Shown here piece by piece: positions 1 to 13,563 of a DNA stretch of 64,000 nucleotides. The notes under the pieces are model-generated. The model was given only the letters and a program-made list of their open reading frames with translations, was not told where the DNA came from and did not search any database. How positions within the stretch are numbered: position 1 is the first letter of the stretch; every line of letters begins with the position of its first letter. Source of the DNA: an uncultured delta proteobacterium (lineage in GTDB: Bacteria > Desulfobacterota > Syntrophia > Syntrophales > UBA2185); NCBI GenBank assembly GCA_963705275.1, contig OY970063.1:412438-476437 (forward strand). Direction: 5' to 3'. Made by a program: the position numbers and the translations under genes.

Positions 1-50
1 CCGAAGTGTACACCCGCTTCAAGTAACAGCTTCATTGATATATTTGCCAT
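1..50 (-). CDS. rpsB: 30S ribosomal protein S2, first ~16 codons only (gene runs off the left edge)
   Basis: The reverse complement of 1-50 reads MANISMKLLLEAGVHFG, the conserved S2 N-terminus. An AAGGAG Shine-Dalgarno (complement of 58-63) lies 7 nt upstream of the ATG. Confidence 0.7.
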   Translation of the reverse strand, partial: MANISMKLLLEAGVHF

Positions 51-269
51 ATTGCAACTCCTTTTGTTTTTTTACCGCCATCCTTCTCTCTTTGTACAGG
101 GAACTTTTCGCTCTGAAAAGCAACGCCCCGCCAATCAAAGGATGTGTGAAATCCGCTGGCAATTAGCATATAGATGTTAAATTAGCAAGAGAAAAAAGGC
201 AAATACGAAAGCAGGTGAATGTGCAGCGGGATATTCCTGCCGATACTGGACTTATACAATATCCTACAG

Positions 270-1472
270 TTAGGTGCTATAGTGGGCATTAATTTTGACA
301 TAGTCAAAGGTTAGATCAGACGTGCATATTCTATGTGATTTGTTACCCATTCCGAGTTTTAAGAAGACCTTAATCCTTCTCTTGGACATGATTTCCAAGA
401 GCTCCTTTTCATGGCCATCCACGCCTTTTCCATGAACAAATACCGGAATTTCTTCAAAGTACAGTTTAACGCCATCAACGGGAAGATTAATGCCGGTCGA
501 GCCGGCAGCCGCTAGTATCCTCCCCCAGTTGGGGTCGCCGCCGTAAAAGGCGGTTTTCACCAGACTTGAATTGGCTACGGCATAGGCAACTTTTTTTGCA
601 TCTGTCATCGAACATGCTTCATCAACGATTATTTCTATGAATTTAGTCGCCCCTTCGCCATCCCTGACGATGGCATCAGAGAGATCAGACATTACGCCGA
701 AAAGCATTTCTTTAAACAAAGATAAATTATTGGAATTTCGCTTCAGTTGTTTATTCCCGGCGATGCCGTTTGCCAAGATTATCGCCGTATCATTGGTACT
801 CATGCATCCGTCAACCGTGATTGCATTAAAGCTCCCGTCCACGGCCTGTCTAAAAACCGCATTCAGGGTATGAAAATCGATGTCGAGATCGGTCATGGCA
901 AATGCGAGCATGGTTGCCATGTTAGGCTCAATCATGCCCGCTCCCTTGGCAATCCCGCATACAGAAACTTCTTTCGAACCGATCATGCTTTTCCGGCAAG
1001 ACATCTTGGCAAATTTATCCGTTGTCATGATTGCCTCTGCAGCCGCAGGAATGCCATTTGGATGCAAGCCCCCAACCAGCCCTTCCATGCCTTTTTTGAT
1101 ATTCCCTATGGGAGGCCTGTGTCCGATTATTCCCGTAGATGCCACTAGAACGAGTTCATCGGCGATATTCAGATTATCGGAAGCACATCTTGACATGTCC
1201 ACGGCATCGGCATATCCACCCTTGCCGGTCGCCGCATTGGCATTGCCGCTATTTACCAGAATCGCCTGAGCAACACCCGCTTTTATCCGCTCCATATCAA
1301 GGAGAACCGGCGCCGCCTTAAAGCAATTCTTCGTAAATACCGCCGATGCTCTTGCCGGTACACCGGAAAAAATCAGGGCGAGGTCTTTAATGCCAGTTTC
1401 CTTGATACCCGCATGAATCCCATTCGCCAGAAAACCGGGAACGGCATAGGTGTCCGACTCTTTACAGATCAT
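270..1472 (-). CDS. argJ: Bifunctional ornithine acetyltransferase / N-acetylglutamate synthase
   Basis: 400-aa ORF with the ArgJ self-cleavage motif PNMATMLAF and typical length and overall pattern. Confidence 0.93.
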   Translation of the reverse strand: MICKESDTYAVPGFLANGIHAGIKETGIKDLALIFSGVPARASAVFTKNCFKAAPVLLDMERIKAGVAQAILVNSGNANAATGKGGYADAVDMSRCASDNLNIADELVLVASTGIIGHRPPIGNIKKGMEGLVGGLHPNGIPAAAEAIMTTDKFAKMSCRKSMIGSKEVSVCGIAKGAGMIEPNMATMLAFAMTDLDIDFHTLNAVFRQAVDGSFNAITVDGCMSTNDTAIILANGIAGNKQLKRNSNNLSLFKEMLFGVMSDLSDAIVRDGEGATKFIEIIVDEACSMTDAKKVAYAVANSSLVKTAFYGGDPNWGRILAAAGSTGINLPVDGVKLYFEEIPVFVHGKGVDGHEKELLEIMSKRRIKVFLKLGMGNKSHRICTSDLTFDYVKINAHYST

Positions 1473-1525
1473 AAAGCACCTTCTTTGACAGGTCTAAAAT
1501 AAATTATCATGTCTCCTGCACATAT

Positions 1526-4045
1526 TTACTGTCCGCAGCACTTTTTATACTTCTTTCCGCTGCCGCACGGACACGGATCATTTCTCCCCACCTTTTTCGT
1601 ATCTCTCTTCACGGTAGATATCTGTGCAGTCTGTTCCCCGCGGCTCATGACATAATCCTGACTGGCCTCTTCCCGCATTTCTTCGATCTCTTCTTCCCTC
1701 TGGATTCTGACGATGCAGAGTTTTTCGATGGTATCCTCCTTAATGCGGTGGATCATTTCCATGAACATTTCATAGCCCTCTTTCTGGTATTCCCGGACAG
1801 GATCCTTCTGTCCATAACCTCTGAGGCCAATGCCTTCTTTTAAGTGATCCATGCTAAGCAGATGATCTTTCCAGTGAGAATCGATAGACTGTAACATGAT
1901 TACCTTCATGAGATAATCCATGAGGGGTTTGCCGTATTCCTCCTCCTTCTTCTTCAGCATGGCCTTAACAGCGTCAATGAGCGTTTCTTCAATGGCTTCC
2001 CTGCTGAGATTTCTCCCTGTTTCACTGAAGTTCAATCGCAACGAGAATTGCTTGAAGACAATATCGTCCAATCCTTTCAGATTCCATTCATCCGGATGCG
2101 CCTTCTCATCTATGTACTCGGAGACTATTTGTTCGACAAGTTCTTCCAGCATCTCTTCGACATCCGTCCATAGCTCCTCTCCCTTGAGCACCTTCTTGCG
2201 CTGCTCGTAAATCACCTGTCTTTGTCTGTTCATTACATCGTCAAATTCCAAGAGGTGCTTGCGTATATCAAAATTATGCGCCTCGACCCTCTTTTGCGCA
2301 TTTTCTATAGCCTTCGAAATGAGATTATGCTCAATAGGTTGATTTTCTTCCATGCCAATCCGATCCATAATGGATGAGATTCTCTCTGCACCGAATATGC
2401 GCAGAAGATCGTCCTCCAGCGCGAGATAAAACCGCGAAGAGCCTAAATCTCCCTGGCGCCCCGATCTCCCCCTTAGCTGATTGTCTATACGGCGGCTTTC
2501 ATGCCTTTCCGTCCCGAGGATATGGAGGCCGCCAAGCTCGGCGACTCCTTCGCCCAGCTTTATATCGGTCCCGCGGCCCGCCATATTGGTCGATATGGTC
2601 ACCATACCCGGTTGCCCCGCCTGAGCAATGATTTCTGCTTCTTTTTCATGATGCTTCGCGTTCAGGACGTGGTGTTTGATCCCTGTCCGCGAAAGATATC
2701 TGCTTAGGAGTTCAGACTTTTCGATGGATATTGTACCAACCAGAACGGGTCTTTTCTTCTTGTGCAGTTCTTTAATCTCCTCGATCGCGGCATTAAATTT
2801 TTCTGCCTCGGTTTTATAAATTACGTCAGGATTATCGATCCTGATCATCGGCATATTGGTTGGAACCACAACTACATCGAGCTTGTATATCTTATTGAAT
2901 TCTGCCGCCTCCGTATCCGCCGTGCCCGTCATTCCTGCAAGCTTGTTATACATCCTAAAGTAATTCTGGAATGTTATTGACGCAAGTGTCTGATTTTCTC
3001 TCTCTATCTTAACTTTCTCTTTCGCTTCCAGAGCCTGATGCAAGCCGTCACTGTACCTTCTTCCCGGCATAACTCTGCCCGTAAACTCATCAACGATAAT
3101 GACCTGGCCTTCTTTGACCAGATAGTCCACATCGCGCCTGAAAAGTGTATGGGCCTTCAATGCTTGATTAACGTGATGGAGAAGCTCCATATTTTTTGGC
3201 TCAAAGAGGTTCTGCACCTTCAAGTGACCTTCAACCCTGGCAACCCCTTCTTCCGTCAAGACTACGGTCCGGCTCTTTTCATCAATCGTGTAATCCTTGT
3301 CCCTTCTCAATTTAGGTATTACCTGGTTGATCATATAGTATTTATCGGTGGATTCCTCAGATGGACCTGATATTATCAGCGGCGTTCTAGCTTCATCGAT
3401 GAGGATGCTGTCAACCTCGTCAACAATGGCATAATTGAATTCCCTCTGAACATAATCATCAAGGCTGAACTTCATATTATCGCGCAGATAATCGAACCCG
3501 AATTCATTGTTTGTGCCATAGGTTATATCGGCACTATAGGCCCTTCTTCTTTCATCGTCATCCATGCCATGAACAATGACTCCCACCGTGAGACCGAGGA
3601 ATTTGTAAATAGGTCCCATCCACTCTGCATCTCTCTTCGCCAGATAATCATTTACAGTAACCAGATGGCAACCTTCGCCGGACAGGGCATTCAGATAAAG
3701 GGGCATGGTAGCTGCGAGGGTCTTTCCTTCCCCGGTTTTCATTTCTGCAATTCTCCCCTCGTGCAAAACAAGGCCTCCTATGACCTGAACATCGAAAGGC
3801 CGCATCAGCAATGTTCTTCTCGCTGCTTCTCTGGCAACGGCAAACGCCTCCGCCAGGATATCGTCGCGTTCCGCACCACCGCTCAGCCGTTCCTTAAAAT
3901 ATGGCGTTTTCGCTTCCAGTTCCGCATCACTCAAGCTCATCATCGTGGGCTCAAGATCGTTCACTTCTTCAAGGATAAAAGACAGTCGTTTTAATTCTCG
4001 ATCATTCTTGCTGCCTATCACCTTTCCCAGCAAAGACCCAAGCAT
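1526..4045 (-). CDS. secA: Preprotein translocase ATPase SecA
   Basis: [22 protein letters not shown]-terminus, Walker [28 protein letters not shown], and the C-terminal zinc motif [14 protein letters not shown]. The ORF extends to 4060, but the conserved start is the second Met (4045). Confidence 0.97.
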   Translation of the reverse strand: MLGSLLGKVIGSKNDRELKRLSFILEEVNDLEPTMMSLSDAELEAKTPYFKERLSGGAERDDILAEAFAVAREAARRTLLMRPFDVQVIGGLVLHEGRIAEMKTGEGKTLAATMPLYLNALSGEGCHLVTVNDYLAKRDAEWMGPIYKFLGLTVGVIVHGMDDDERRRAYSADITYGTNNEFGFDYLRDNMKFSLDDYVQREFNYAIVDEVDSILIDEARTPLIISGPSEESTDKYYMINQVIPKLRRDKDYTIDEKSRTVVLTEEGVARVEGHLKVQNLFEPKNMELLHHVNQALKAHTLFRRDVDYLVKEGQVIIVDEFTGRVMPGRRYSDGLHQALEAKEKVKIERENQTLASITFQNYFRMYNKLAGMTGTADTEAAEFNKIYKLDVVVVPTNMPMIRIDNPDVIYKTEAEKFNAAIEEIKELHKKKRPVLVGTISIEKSELLSRYLSRTGIKHHVLNAKHHEKEAEIIAQAGQPGMVTISTNMAGRGTDIKLGEGVAELGGLHILGTERHESRRIDNQLRGRSGRQGDLGSSRFYLALEDDLLRIFGAERISSIMDRIGMEENQPIEHNLISKAIENAQKRVEAHNFDIRKHLLEFDDVMNRQRQVIYEQRKKVLKGEELWTDVEEMLEELVEQIVSEYIDEKAHPDEWNLKGLDDIVFKQFSLRLNFSETGRNLSREAIEETLIDAVKAMLKKKEEEYGKPLMDYLMKVIMLQSIDSHWKDHLLSMDHLKEGIGLRGYGQKDPVREYQKEGYEMFMEMIHRIKEDTIEKLCIVRIQREEEIEEMREEASQDYVMSRGEQTAQISTVKRDTKKVGRNDPCPCGSGKKYKKCCGQ

Positions 4046-4138
4046 ACATAATCCTCTCAAAAAAAAACCGGCATGAAACCGGACTGTTAGATAACCAATA
4101 ACGAACCATCCCGCGTATTACATGCGGGCGGATAAAAT

Positions 4139-5077
4139 CTAATTTAAATATTTCCTCGGATTAACGTAAATGCCGTTTAATGTTACGGAGTAATGGAGAT
4201 GCGAGCCTGTACTTCGTCCGGAATTCCCAACATAACCGATGAGGTCTCCCCTTTGAACCATGCTCCCCTGCTTCACGGCAGTTCTCAAAAGGTGACCGTA
4301 CCAACTCGTAATCCCGTACCCATGATTTATCTTAACCATGTGTCCCACATCCCGATCATAAGATATCTCAGAAACTAAACCGTCCGCAGGCGCCACCACA
4401 TGTACACCCATTCTCGTCGCAATATCAATTCCCTTGTGAAATTCTCTCGCGCCGCTAAGCGGCGATGATCTATATCCAAACTCCGATGTAACCCACCCCT
4501 GGACAGGCCAAATCGAGGGCGTAGCAGCAAGTATGGACTTCTGTCTCTTAAGAAATCTAAACAGCTCATTAAAACTGCTCTTCTGCTCGACTGCATCTTT
4601 CGACAGTTGATCAACATTTTGATCTATTTTAGCAATGACCATCCGCTGGTCAGTCTCTCCGCGTGAGTATGCCCTTGTAGTATCGTCGTTTATCGAACCG
4701 CCGGCGCCGAGGATCCGCCCTTTGTAGCGCCTATCTTCGACGTTAGCCATGGACCTGATATTCTTATCAAGCTGATTGAGTTCCTCCATCCTCACGGCAA
4801 AGCTGTTTACCTTCTCTACCAAGCCGTCGATCTGCACTTTTTGTTCTTTTGTTTGCCTCCGCAAGCTTTCCAGATCAATCTTGTCTCTCTTCATCCTGAT
4901 GTAATCGTAATATGTATACATGGATGCCAGAATGACAGCCATTACACAAAATGCGATGCCCTTCAAAACCTTGTTCGAAAGAGTAATTTTTTTAGCAGAA
5001 CTTTTTCTCTTGGGGATTATCAGGAAGGTATAAAAATTTTTTGGCATCTTTATTCCTTTCGGGTATCCTCGCGACAA
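4139..5077 (-). CDS. M23/LytM-family murein endopeptidase with N-terminal membrane anchor and coiled coil
   Basis: HKGIDI and GNSGRSTGSHLHY metal-binding motifs and a TM helix near the N-terminus. The start may be the internal MPKNFY Met (5047). Confidence 0.85.
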   Translation of the reverse strand: MSRGYPKGIKMPKNFYTFLIIPKRKSSAKKITLSNKVLKGIAFCVMAVILASMYTYYDYIRMKRDKIDLESLRRQTKEQKVQIDGLVEKVNSFAVRMEELNQLDKNIRSMANVEDRRYKGRILGAGGSINDDTTRAYSRGETDQRMVIAKIDQNVDQLSKDAVEQKSSFNELFRFLKRQKSILAATPSIWPVQGWVTSEFGYRSSPLSGAREFHKGIDIATRMGVHVVAPADGLVSEISYDRDVGHMVKINHGYGITSWYGHLLRTAVKQGSMVQRGDLIGYVGNSGRSTGSHLHYSVTLNGIYVNPRKYLN

Positions 5078-5227
5078 ACCGGAACCGTAAAGCTACCATA
5101 ATCATGCTAATTGTCAAGCATAGTTTATTCATCTTTTAGAAAATTGACTTGACTTTGCAAGGGGGAATACGCTACACACCGCAAGCATCTTTACCAATTG
5201 CTACCGGTAGCTTAGAAAGGAGTTCTC

Positions 5228-7306
5228 ATGTCAAAATATGAACCTAACTCATTAAGAAATATAGCAATTGTGGGGCACGGAGCAACAGGTAAGACATCTC
5301 TCTGTGAGTCCCTGCTTTTCATCGCCGGCAAAACGGACAGGCAAGGCAGGGTTGATGATGGAACTTCGTCTATGGATTTTGAACCGGAAGAGCAGAAGCG
5401 TCGTATTTCAATCAGTGCGGCGACAAATTTTTTCGAATGGGAAAAGCATAAGATAACGATCCTCGATACACCGGGTGATTCCAATTTCGCCTATGATACA
5501 AGAAATTGTCTCCGCGTAGCCGATGGAGCTGTCGTCGTCATAGATGCTGTCGGAGGTGTCGAATTTCAAACCGAGAAGGTCTGGGAATATGCTGACGACT
5601 ATAGGCTGCCGCGAGTCGTTTTTATCAGCAGAATGGACCGCGAACGGGCCGATTTCTTTACATGTCTGGAGACTATTAAGAGCCGCTTGGGAAAAAAGGC
5701 TACGCCCGTAGTACTGCCCATCGGCACGGAGGAGAAATTCCAGGGGGTAGTCGACCTCATAACCAAGAAGGCCCTCATTTTTGACGGCACCGGCGGCAAG
5801 TATAAGTCGGCGGATATTCCTGTCGAGATGAAAGACATCGTGGAAAAATACCGCGAAAACATGGTCGAGGACATCGCAGAGTCAGACGAGAAACTAATGG
5901 ACAAATATCTGGATGCGGGAGAACTCAGCGATGATGAACTCAAGACGGGGCTGAAGAAAGGCGTAATGTCCTCAAGTCTGATACCTGTCGTCTGTGGATC
6001 TGCAGTGAAGAATATCGGCATTGCACCCCTTATTGATCTGGTAATAAACGCCCTCCCCTCCCCGTCGGAACGCGGCCCTGTTACGGGGAAGAAGCCCGGT
6101 AAAGACGAAATAGAAACGCGTCTGCCTGAGGAATCTGCACCCTTTTCTGCCTTGGTCTTCAAGACCATTGCCGACCCTTATGCTGGACGGCTCACTTTAT
6201 TCCGTGTCTTCTCGGGAACGGTTACCTCCGATTCAACGTTTTACAATTCATCCCGAAAAATTACGGAAAGGTTTGGAAACGTCTTTTTCCTGGAAGGAAA
6301 GAGCCAGAAACCGGTTGAGTCTCTCGTGCCGGGAGATATTGCCGCTGTGGCAAAGCTCAAAGAAACCTCCACCGGAGATACAATCTGCAATGAAAAAAAA
6401 CCTATAATTTTTGAGAAAGTAATTCCACCGCCACCCATCATGTCCTTTGCAGTCGCACCCAAGAGCAGGGGAGATGAAGACAAGATAGTTTCCTCGATCA
6501 ACCGCATAATCGAGGAGGACCCCACCCTGACGTTCCGGCGGGAGGAACAGACCAAAGAAATGATCCTCTCCGGAATGGGGCAGGTACATATAGAGGTCTC
6601 TATCGAAAAGATGAAGCGGAAATTCGGGGTGGAACTGACCTTGAAAACACCCAAAGTCCCGTACAAGGAAACTATCAAAGGCAAGACCAACGTCCAGGGC
6701 AAATACAAAAAACAGTCGGGCGGACGCGGGCAATTCGGAGACTGCTGGCTCGACATAGAGCCTCTGCCGCGCAGTGGAGGCTATGAATTCCTGGACAAGA
6801 TCGTGGGCGGCGTAATTCCTCAACAGTACAGGCCTGCCGTTGATAAGGGTATTGTTGAGGCCATGTCGGAGGGCGTTCTTGCCGGATACCCTGTTGTTGA
6901 CGTAAAGGTTTCTCTCGTGGATGGGTCTTACCACACAGTCGACTCCTCGGAGATGGCCTTCAAGATAGCAGGTTCAATGGGCTTCAAGAAAGGCATACTG
7001 GCCTGTCAGCCGGTACTGCTTGAACCCATCGTCAATATCGACATCGAGATACCCGACGAGTACATGGGTGACGTCATCGGTGATTTAAATGGCCGCCGCG
7101 GTAAAGTCCTGGGCATGGAATCAAAAGGACCGAATAGAATCATAAAGGGACAGGTTCCCCTTGCCGAGATCCTGAGATACGCGCCTGATCTGCGATCGAT
7201 GACGAGCGGCAGAGGTACGTTTACATACGAGCACTCACATTACGAAGAGGTCCCACCATTCATCGCAGAGAAGATTATCGCCGAATCGAAAAAGGAACAG
7301 CAATAG
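5228..7306 (+). CDS. fusA: Elongation factor G family GTPase (stand-alone paralogue, not in an str operon)
   Basis: 692 aa with G1 GHGATGKT, G3 DTPGD and five-domain EF-G length. GAAAGGAG RBS upstream. Confidence 0.9.
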   Translation: MSKYEPNSLRNIAIVGHGATGKTSLCESLLFIAGKTDRQGRVDDGTSSMDFEPEEQKRRISISAATNFFEWEKHKITILDTPGDSNFAYDTRNCLRVADGAVVVIDAVGGVEFQTEKVWEYADDYRLPRVVFISRMDRERADFFTCLETIKSRLGKKATPVVLPIGTEEKFQGVVDLITKKALIFDGTGGKYKSADIPVEMKDIVEKYRENMVEDIAESDEKLMDKYLDAGELSDDELKTGLKKGVMSSSLIPVVCGSAVKNIGIAPLIDLVINALPSPSERGPVTGKKPGKDEIETRLPEESAPFSALVFKTIADPYAGRLTLFRVFSGTVTSDSTFYNSSRKITERFGNVFFLEGKSQKPVESLVPGDIAAVAKLKETSTGDTICNEKKPIIFEKVIPPPPIMSFAVAPKSRGDEDKIVSSINRIIEEDPTLTFRREEQTKEMILSGMGQVHIEVSIEKMKRKFGVELTLKTPKVPYKETIKGKTNVQGKYKKQSGGRGQFGDCWLDIEPLPRSGGYEFLDKIVGGVIPQQYRPAVDKGIVEAMSEGVLAGYPVVDVKVSLVDGSYHTVDSSEMAFKIAGSMGFKKGILACQPVLLEPIVNIDIEIPDEYMGDVIGDLNGRRGKVLGMESKGPNRIIKGQVPLAEILRYAPDLRSMTSGRGTFTYEHSHYEEVPPFIAEKIIAESKKEQQ

Positions 7307-7307
7307 A

Positions 7308-7799
7308 TTGGAAATTCAAGCGGGTGTTATCACCATAAGCGACAAGGGGTTCCGGGGGGAGCGGGAGGATAAGAGCGGCCAGGAAATCATTGCGATGTTG
7401 AAAGATGCGGGAATTCATGTCGCCTGCATCAAAATAATCCCCGATGAGAAAGATCTGATAAAAGAAACCCTGATCGACTTTGCGGACAAGAAGAACATTC
7501 CCCTCATTGTAACGACAGGCGGTACCGGCGTCAGTCCAAGGGATGTGACTCCTGATGCGACGCTCGAAGTGATCGACAAGGAAGTGCCCGGTATGGCAGA
7601 GGCAATGCGGCAGGCAAGCGCCGCTGTAACACCGCATGCAATGATCTCGCGCGCCGTCGTCGGAATCAGAGGTAAGGCGCTGATCGTCAATCTGCCGGGC
7701 TCTCCCAAGGCTGTTCGCGAAAACCTCGCGGTGATCCTGCCTGCACTCCCGCACGCAGTTGAAAAAATCAAGGGTGATGACTCTGAATGTGCGTCTTAA
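7308..7799 (+). CDS. mog: MogA/MoaB-family molybdopterin adenylyltransferase
   Basis: 163 aa with the TTGGTGVSPRD motif. TTG start one nt after the EF-G stop. Confidence 0.85.
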   Translation: MEIQAGVITISDKGFRGEREDKSGQEIIAMLKDAGIHVACIKIIPDEKDLIKETLIDFADKKNIPLIVTTGGTGVSPRDVTPDATLEVIDKEVPGMAEAMRQASAAVTPHAMISRAVVGIRGKALIVNLPGSPKAVRENLAVILPALPHAVEKIKGDDSECAS

Positions 7800-8235
7800 G
7801 ATGGTTAAGAGCGTTATCTATATGTGTGCCTGGCCAGAAGATCCCTTTGCAAATGGGACATCTGCGAAATGCGCTATGAGTATCATAAACGAAGGCCGGA
7901 ACCATACCGGCAACATCCTCTTTATCTACCGCCACTAATGCCTCGTTGCATCTCACGCAGATACTGAACAACCGGCTTGCATCAGCAGAGATAGACAGTT
8001 TTTCCATCACCTCCAATATCTGTTCCTGAACATGATCACTCCCAACTATGATAAGCTTTCCCGAGAACTGCCTAGCCGTCATATCCTTTTTTCTCGTCAG
8101 AACAACTCTCCCTTCCCTCTGTGCCTTCCTCAAAAAATTTCGATCCGCATTTCCTGGGTATAATGTGGTGTCGTAGCCCAAAATACGGAGCCACTTCGCC
8201 AGTTTTCCAAGATTACTATCCGTTAAGAACTTCAT
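7768..8235 (-). CDS. Mut7-C RNase domain protein (PIN-like N-terminus plus C-terminal zinc ribbon)
   Basis: MKFLTDSNLGKLAKWLRILGYD N-terminus and CxRCN...CPxC cysteines. Its 3' end overlaps mog convergently by 32 nt. Confidence 0.75.
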   Translation of the reverse strand: MKFLTDSNLGKLAKWLRILGYDTTLYPGNADRNFLRKAQREGRVVLTRKKDMTARQFSGKLIIVGSDHVQEQILEVMEKLSISADASRLFSICVRCNEALVAVDKEDVAGMVPAFVYDTHSAFRRCPICKGIFWPGTHIDNALNHLKTHIQSHHP

Positions 8236-8270
8236 GTCTCAAGGCATTCAGCAATCTATGTGTTTAATGT

Positions 8271-8588
8271 TCATTGATGATCAGCGGGGCCTTTCGTCTC
8301 CTCCTCGCTCATCACCTCCTTCTTACTATCCCTGACCTCTCTTCTGAGTTCTCTGATTGTCTTGTTTGATTTGCTTATCATTCTATTCAGCCTGAATCTC
8401 TCAACGATTCCCATAAACCCCGTAAAGATGACCCCTGCGAGGAACGCGACAAAAACCAGCATATACGCTGGTGCGGTCACATTGAAAAAATCATAGTATT
8501 TTAATTGAATGGGAAGAGTATTCTCTAACGAAAAGGTAATCACAAAAAGCACAACCAGAACAACAATTACAGTATAGATAACTTTCAT
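8271..8588 (-). CDS. LapA-like small inner-membrane protein (two TM helices, basic tail)
   Basis: 105 aa with two hydrophobic helices followed by a charged C-terminus. Same-strand operon with the HIT and phosphoesterase genes. Confidence 0.6.
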   Translation of the reverse strand: MKVIYTVIVVLVVLFVITFSLENTLPIQLKYYDFFNVTAPAYMLVFVAFLAGVIFTGFMGIVERFRLNRMISKSNKTIRELRREVRDSKKEVMSEEETKGPADHQ

Positions 8589-8589
8589 C

Positions 8590-9075
8590 TCAGACCTCCG
8601 GACGATATTTTTCGAAATAAGGCATTAGAAGCTCACATGTCTTGTATATGTCTTCCGGGATAACACGTATATCTCCCACAGCGGTTATGAAATTGGTGTC
8701 TCCGGACCACCTTGGCACAATATGCACATGCATGTGATCGATTATCCCAGCGCCCGCGGCTTTTCCCAGATTGATGCCGATGTTAAAACCTTCGGGATTC
8801 ATAGCCTTCTTCAGAATCTTTACTGACATATCCAAAAGGTCGAATATTTCCCGTTTTTCATCGGGCAGGAGATCTTCCATCTCGCATATGTGTCTCGCAG
8901 GCACGATCATGAGATGACCGCTATTATATGGGTAGCGATTCATCATTACGAACGCCGAATTCCCTTCAAACAGTACAAGATCATGACATCTGACAGATTC
9001 CTTGCAGAAAACGCAGCCTGTCTGCTTTTCACCTTTAATGAATTCCATTCTCCATGGCGCGTATATCTTTTCCAT
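8590..9075 (-). CDS. HIT-family nucleotide hydrolase/phosphorylase
   Basis: Histidine triad HMHVHIVPR and an N-terminal CVFC motif. Confidence 0.88.
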   Translation of the reverse strand: MEKIYAPWRMEFIKGEKQTGCVFCKESVRCHDLVLFEGNSAFVMMNRYPYNSGHLMIVPARHICEMEDLLPDEKREIFDLLDMSVKILKKAMNPEGFNIGINLGKAAGAGIIDHMHVHIVPRWSGDTNFITAVGDIRVIPEDIYKTCELLMPYFEKYRPEV

Positions 9076-9083
9076 TTATTAAC

Positions 9084-9569
9084 CTACAGATAATTCAGTT
9101 CTATAATTTCCCCTCTGATCCCTTCCCCGATCTCCAGTATGCCAACACTATTTCGAGATGCAAATCGCGTATCCGTCGCCGATCCCGGATTGAAGAACAG
9201 GACGCCGTCCTTAACCGCATTCGTCGCACGATGTGTGTGCCCGTATACCAGACAATCTACATTGCCCATTTCTTCTAAAAGTTTGCGCTCGATGCCGAAG
9301 GGCATCCCCCAGCCGTGAATGAGCCCCACTTTATAATTGTTTACGTCGAGCACCAGTTTCTTGGGAAGTGACTGCCTTACGGAAGGCAAATCCATATTGC
9401 CGCAGACCGCCTTCACTTCTTTTCCCGCAAATGCATCAAGAACCCTTAAATCGACCAGATCTCCTGCATGCAAAATCAGATCGACATCACGAAAATGATC
9501 TTTCAGGAGACGCGTTAGTCTGTCATCGCAACTGGTAAGGTGGGTATCTGATATTACGCCTATCTTCAC
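9084..9569 (-). CDS. YfcE/MJ0936-family metallophosphoesterase
   Basis: Motifs ISDTH, AGDLVD, GNMD and GHTH occur in the canonical order. Confidence 0.85.
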   Translation of the reverse strand: MKIGVISDTHLTSCDDRLTRLLKDHFRDVDLILHAGDLVDLRVLDAFAGKEVKAVCGNMDLPSVRQSLPKKLVLDVNNYKVGLIHGWGMPFGIERKLLEEMGNVDCLVYGHTHRATNAVKDGVLFFNPGSATDTRFASRNSVGILEIGEGIRGEIIELNYL

Positions 9570-9751
9570 CCTTTAGATTCCTTAATATGTTTACGAAGAA
9601 TTATATCGCTACAGTTCAAAAAGACAAGCATTATTTGTATATGCCGATGACTCATTGGCAAGACGCATATCAGACACGAACCGGTAAATCAAGATGAACG
9701 CTTCCTGCGATTTCGCACGAATCCGGTGAGTAATTGACCAGCGGTTTTAGT

Positions 9752-9779
9752 TTGACATTATGTTCTCACTTTTTATACT
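9752..9779 (+). promoter_or_regulatory. Sigma-70-type promoter (TTGACA-16 nt-TATACT)
   Basis: TTGACA at 9752-9757 and TATACT at 9774-9779. It sits about 30 nt upstream of the ATG at 9809, which has an AAAGGA RBS. Confidence 0.6.
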
Positions 9780-9808
9780 ATTTATCTAAAGACCTAAGAA
9801 AGGAACTG

Positions 9809-10084
9809 ATGACCGTGCTTGAATCCGCATTGGATAAGATGGCAGAAACCATCCTCAGTCTCGATGAGGCATCGCTCGCCAGTCTGTGGGATAAATACAA
9901 GGCAAAGATGGAGCATTTCGAAACAACGAAGGAGTGGGAGAAATCCGTTATCATCTTTTTCATCATCAATGCCGTGCGCGTGAAGAATCACATCTTTAAC
10001 GAAAACATGCTTGAGCTGCAAAAGAAGCACGACAAACCCCAGAAGCCGCCAAAGAAGAAGCCTAACTTAAGACTGGTCAAGTGA
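9809..10084 (+). CDS. Hypothetical protein with lysine/proline-rich tail
   Basis: The ORF is open from 9734, but the promoter at 9752-9779 and the RBS favour the Met at 9809 (MTVLESALDKM...). It directly precedes ligA. Confidence 0.5.
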   Translation: MTVLESALDKMAETILSLDEASLASLWDKYKAKMEHFETTKEWEKSVIIFFIINAVRVKNHIFNENMLELQKKHDKPQKPPKKKPNLRLVK

Positions 10085-12377
<2,293 letters not shown>

Positions 12378-12384
<7 letters not shown>

Positions 12385-13563
12385 CGGAATTCCTTAAAAG
12401 TCTCTTCGAAACCCTTCATTGAATTAACAATCGTCGTATCGTCCACACAGAAAGCGATCCGGAAATTACCGGGCCACCCGAAGCCCTTCCCCGGAACGGT
12501 CAGAATTTTTCTTTTCGTAAGGGCCCTGACGAATTCGATGTCATCTCCTCCGGGCGCCTTTGGAAAGAGATAGAATGTCCCATCGGGCTTTATGAATTCA
12601 TAACCGATGGATGCAAGGCCGTCGCAGAGTAGCTCCCGCTTTTTCCTGTATTCCGCCACATCCACTGTCACGCCCTGTATTTTTGCAATCACCCTCTGCA
12701 TCAATGCCGGTGCATTCACGAAACCGAGCGCCCTGTTGAAAAGGACCAAGCCGCCCATCACATCTTCAAGATCGGAAATCGCGGGATTCACAGCCAGATA
12801 GCCTATGCGCTCACCCGCGAGCGAAAGACTCTTCGAGTACGAAGAGGCAATTATACTATTTCTATAAGCCGAAAGGATGCTCGGCACCGTGATCCCGTCG
12901 TAGACGATCTCTCTATAGGGCTCATCGGAAACAAGGTAAATATCCTTGCTGTATGCCCTGCTTCTATCCTCCAATAGTTCGGCAAGTCCCCGAATCGATG
13001 CTTCGTTGTATACCTTCCCAGTCGGATTATTGGGAGAATTGATGAGGATTATCTTCGTCCTTTCTGTAATGGCATCTCTCATCGCGGCAAGATCCAGGGA
13101 GAAATCATCCTTCGTCTTCACGAACTTGGCAATACCATTTGCGTTATCGGTATAAATTCTATATTCCACAAAACACGGCGTAGGTACGAGCAGCTCATCA
13201 CCCGGTTCAAGCAGGACTTTACATATGACATTCAGTGCCCCTGCCGCCCCGCAGGTCATGATAACTGTGATCCGCGGAGAGCGGTACTCCGTGATCCTTG
13301 CCGAGAGCCTGAGCAACCACCTGCCTTGTTCCAAGGTATCCTGCGTTTGACATATAGCCGTGAGCGCCGGATACGTCTTCGGCTGCAACCTGGCGAAGCG
13401 CTTTCTTAAACTCAATCGGCGGTTCGAGACTGGGGTTCCCGATGCTGAAATCAAAAACCTTCTCCGCCCCGAATTGCTTTTTCAGCCTGTCACCTTCCTC
13501 AAACATCTTCCTGATCCAGGAAGATTGTGAGATGAAGCCGCGAACCTTTTCAGAAACCGCCAT
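12378..13563 (-). pseudogene. Class I/II PLP-dependent aminotransferase (aspartate/alanine type) split by one frameshift
   Basis: The N-terminal 114-aa ORF (13219-13563) is family-like up to ...GVPLSADH. The 358-aa ORF (12378-13454) becomes family-like from ITVIMTCGAAGALNV and carries the PLP-lysine motif SYSKSLSLAGERIGY. The frames switch at about 13263-13270. Confidence 0.85.

Noticed and set aside
5599-6934. Several 170-230-aa minus-strand ORFs (5599-6168, 6241-6756, 6248-6934)
   Set aside because: All lie antisense within the EF-G gene, and their translations are Ser/Arg/Leu-rich nonsense typical of shadow ORFs.
7768-7799. 32-nt convergent overlap of mog and the Mut7-C gene as a possible antisense regulatory arrangement
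   Set aside because: Short 3'-3' overlaps are common in compact genomes, and there is no hairpin or other signal in the overlap.
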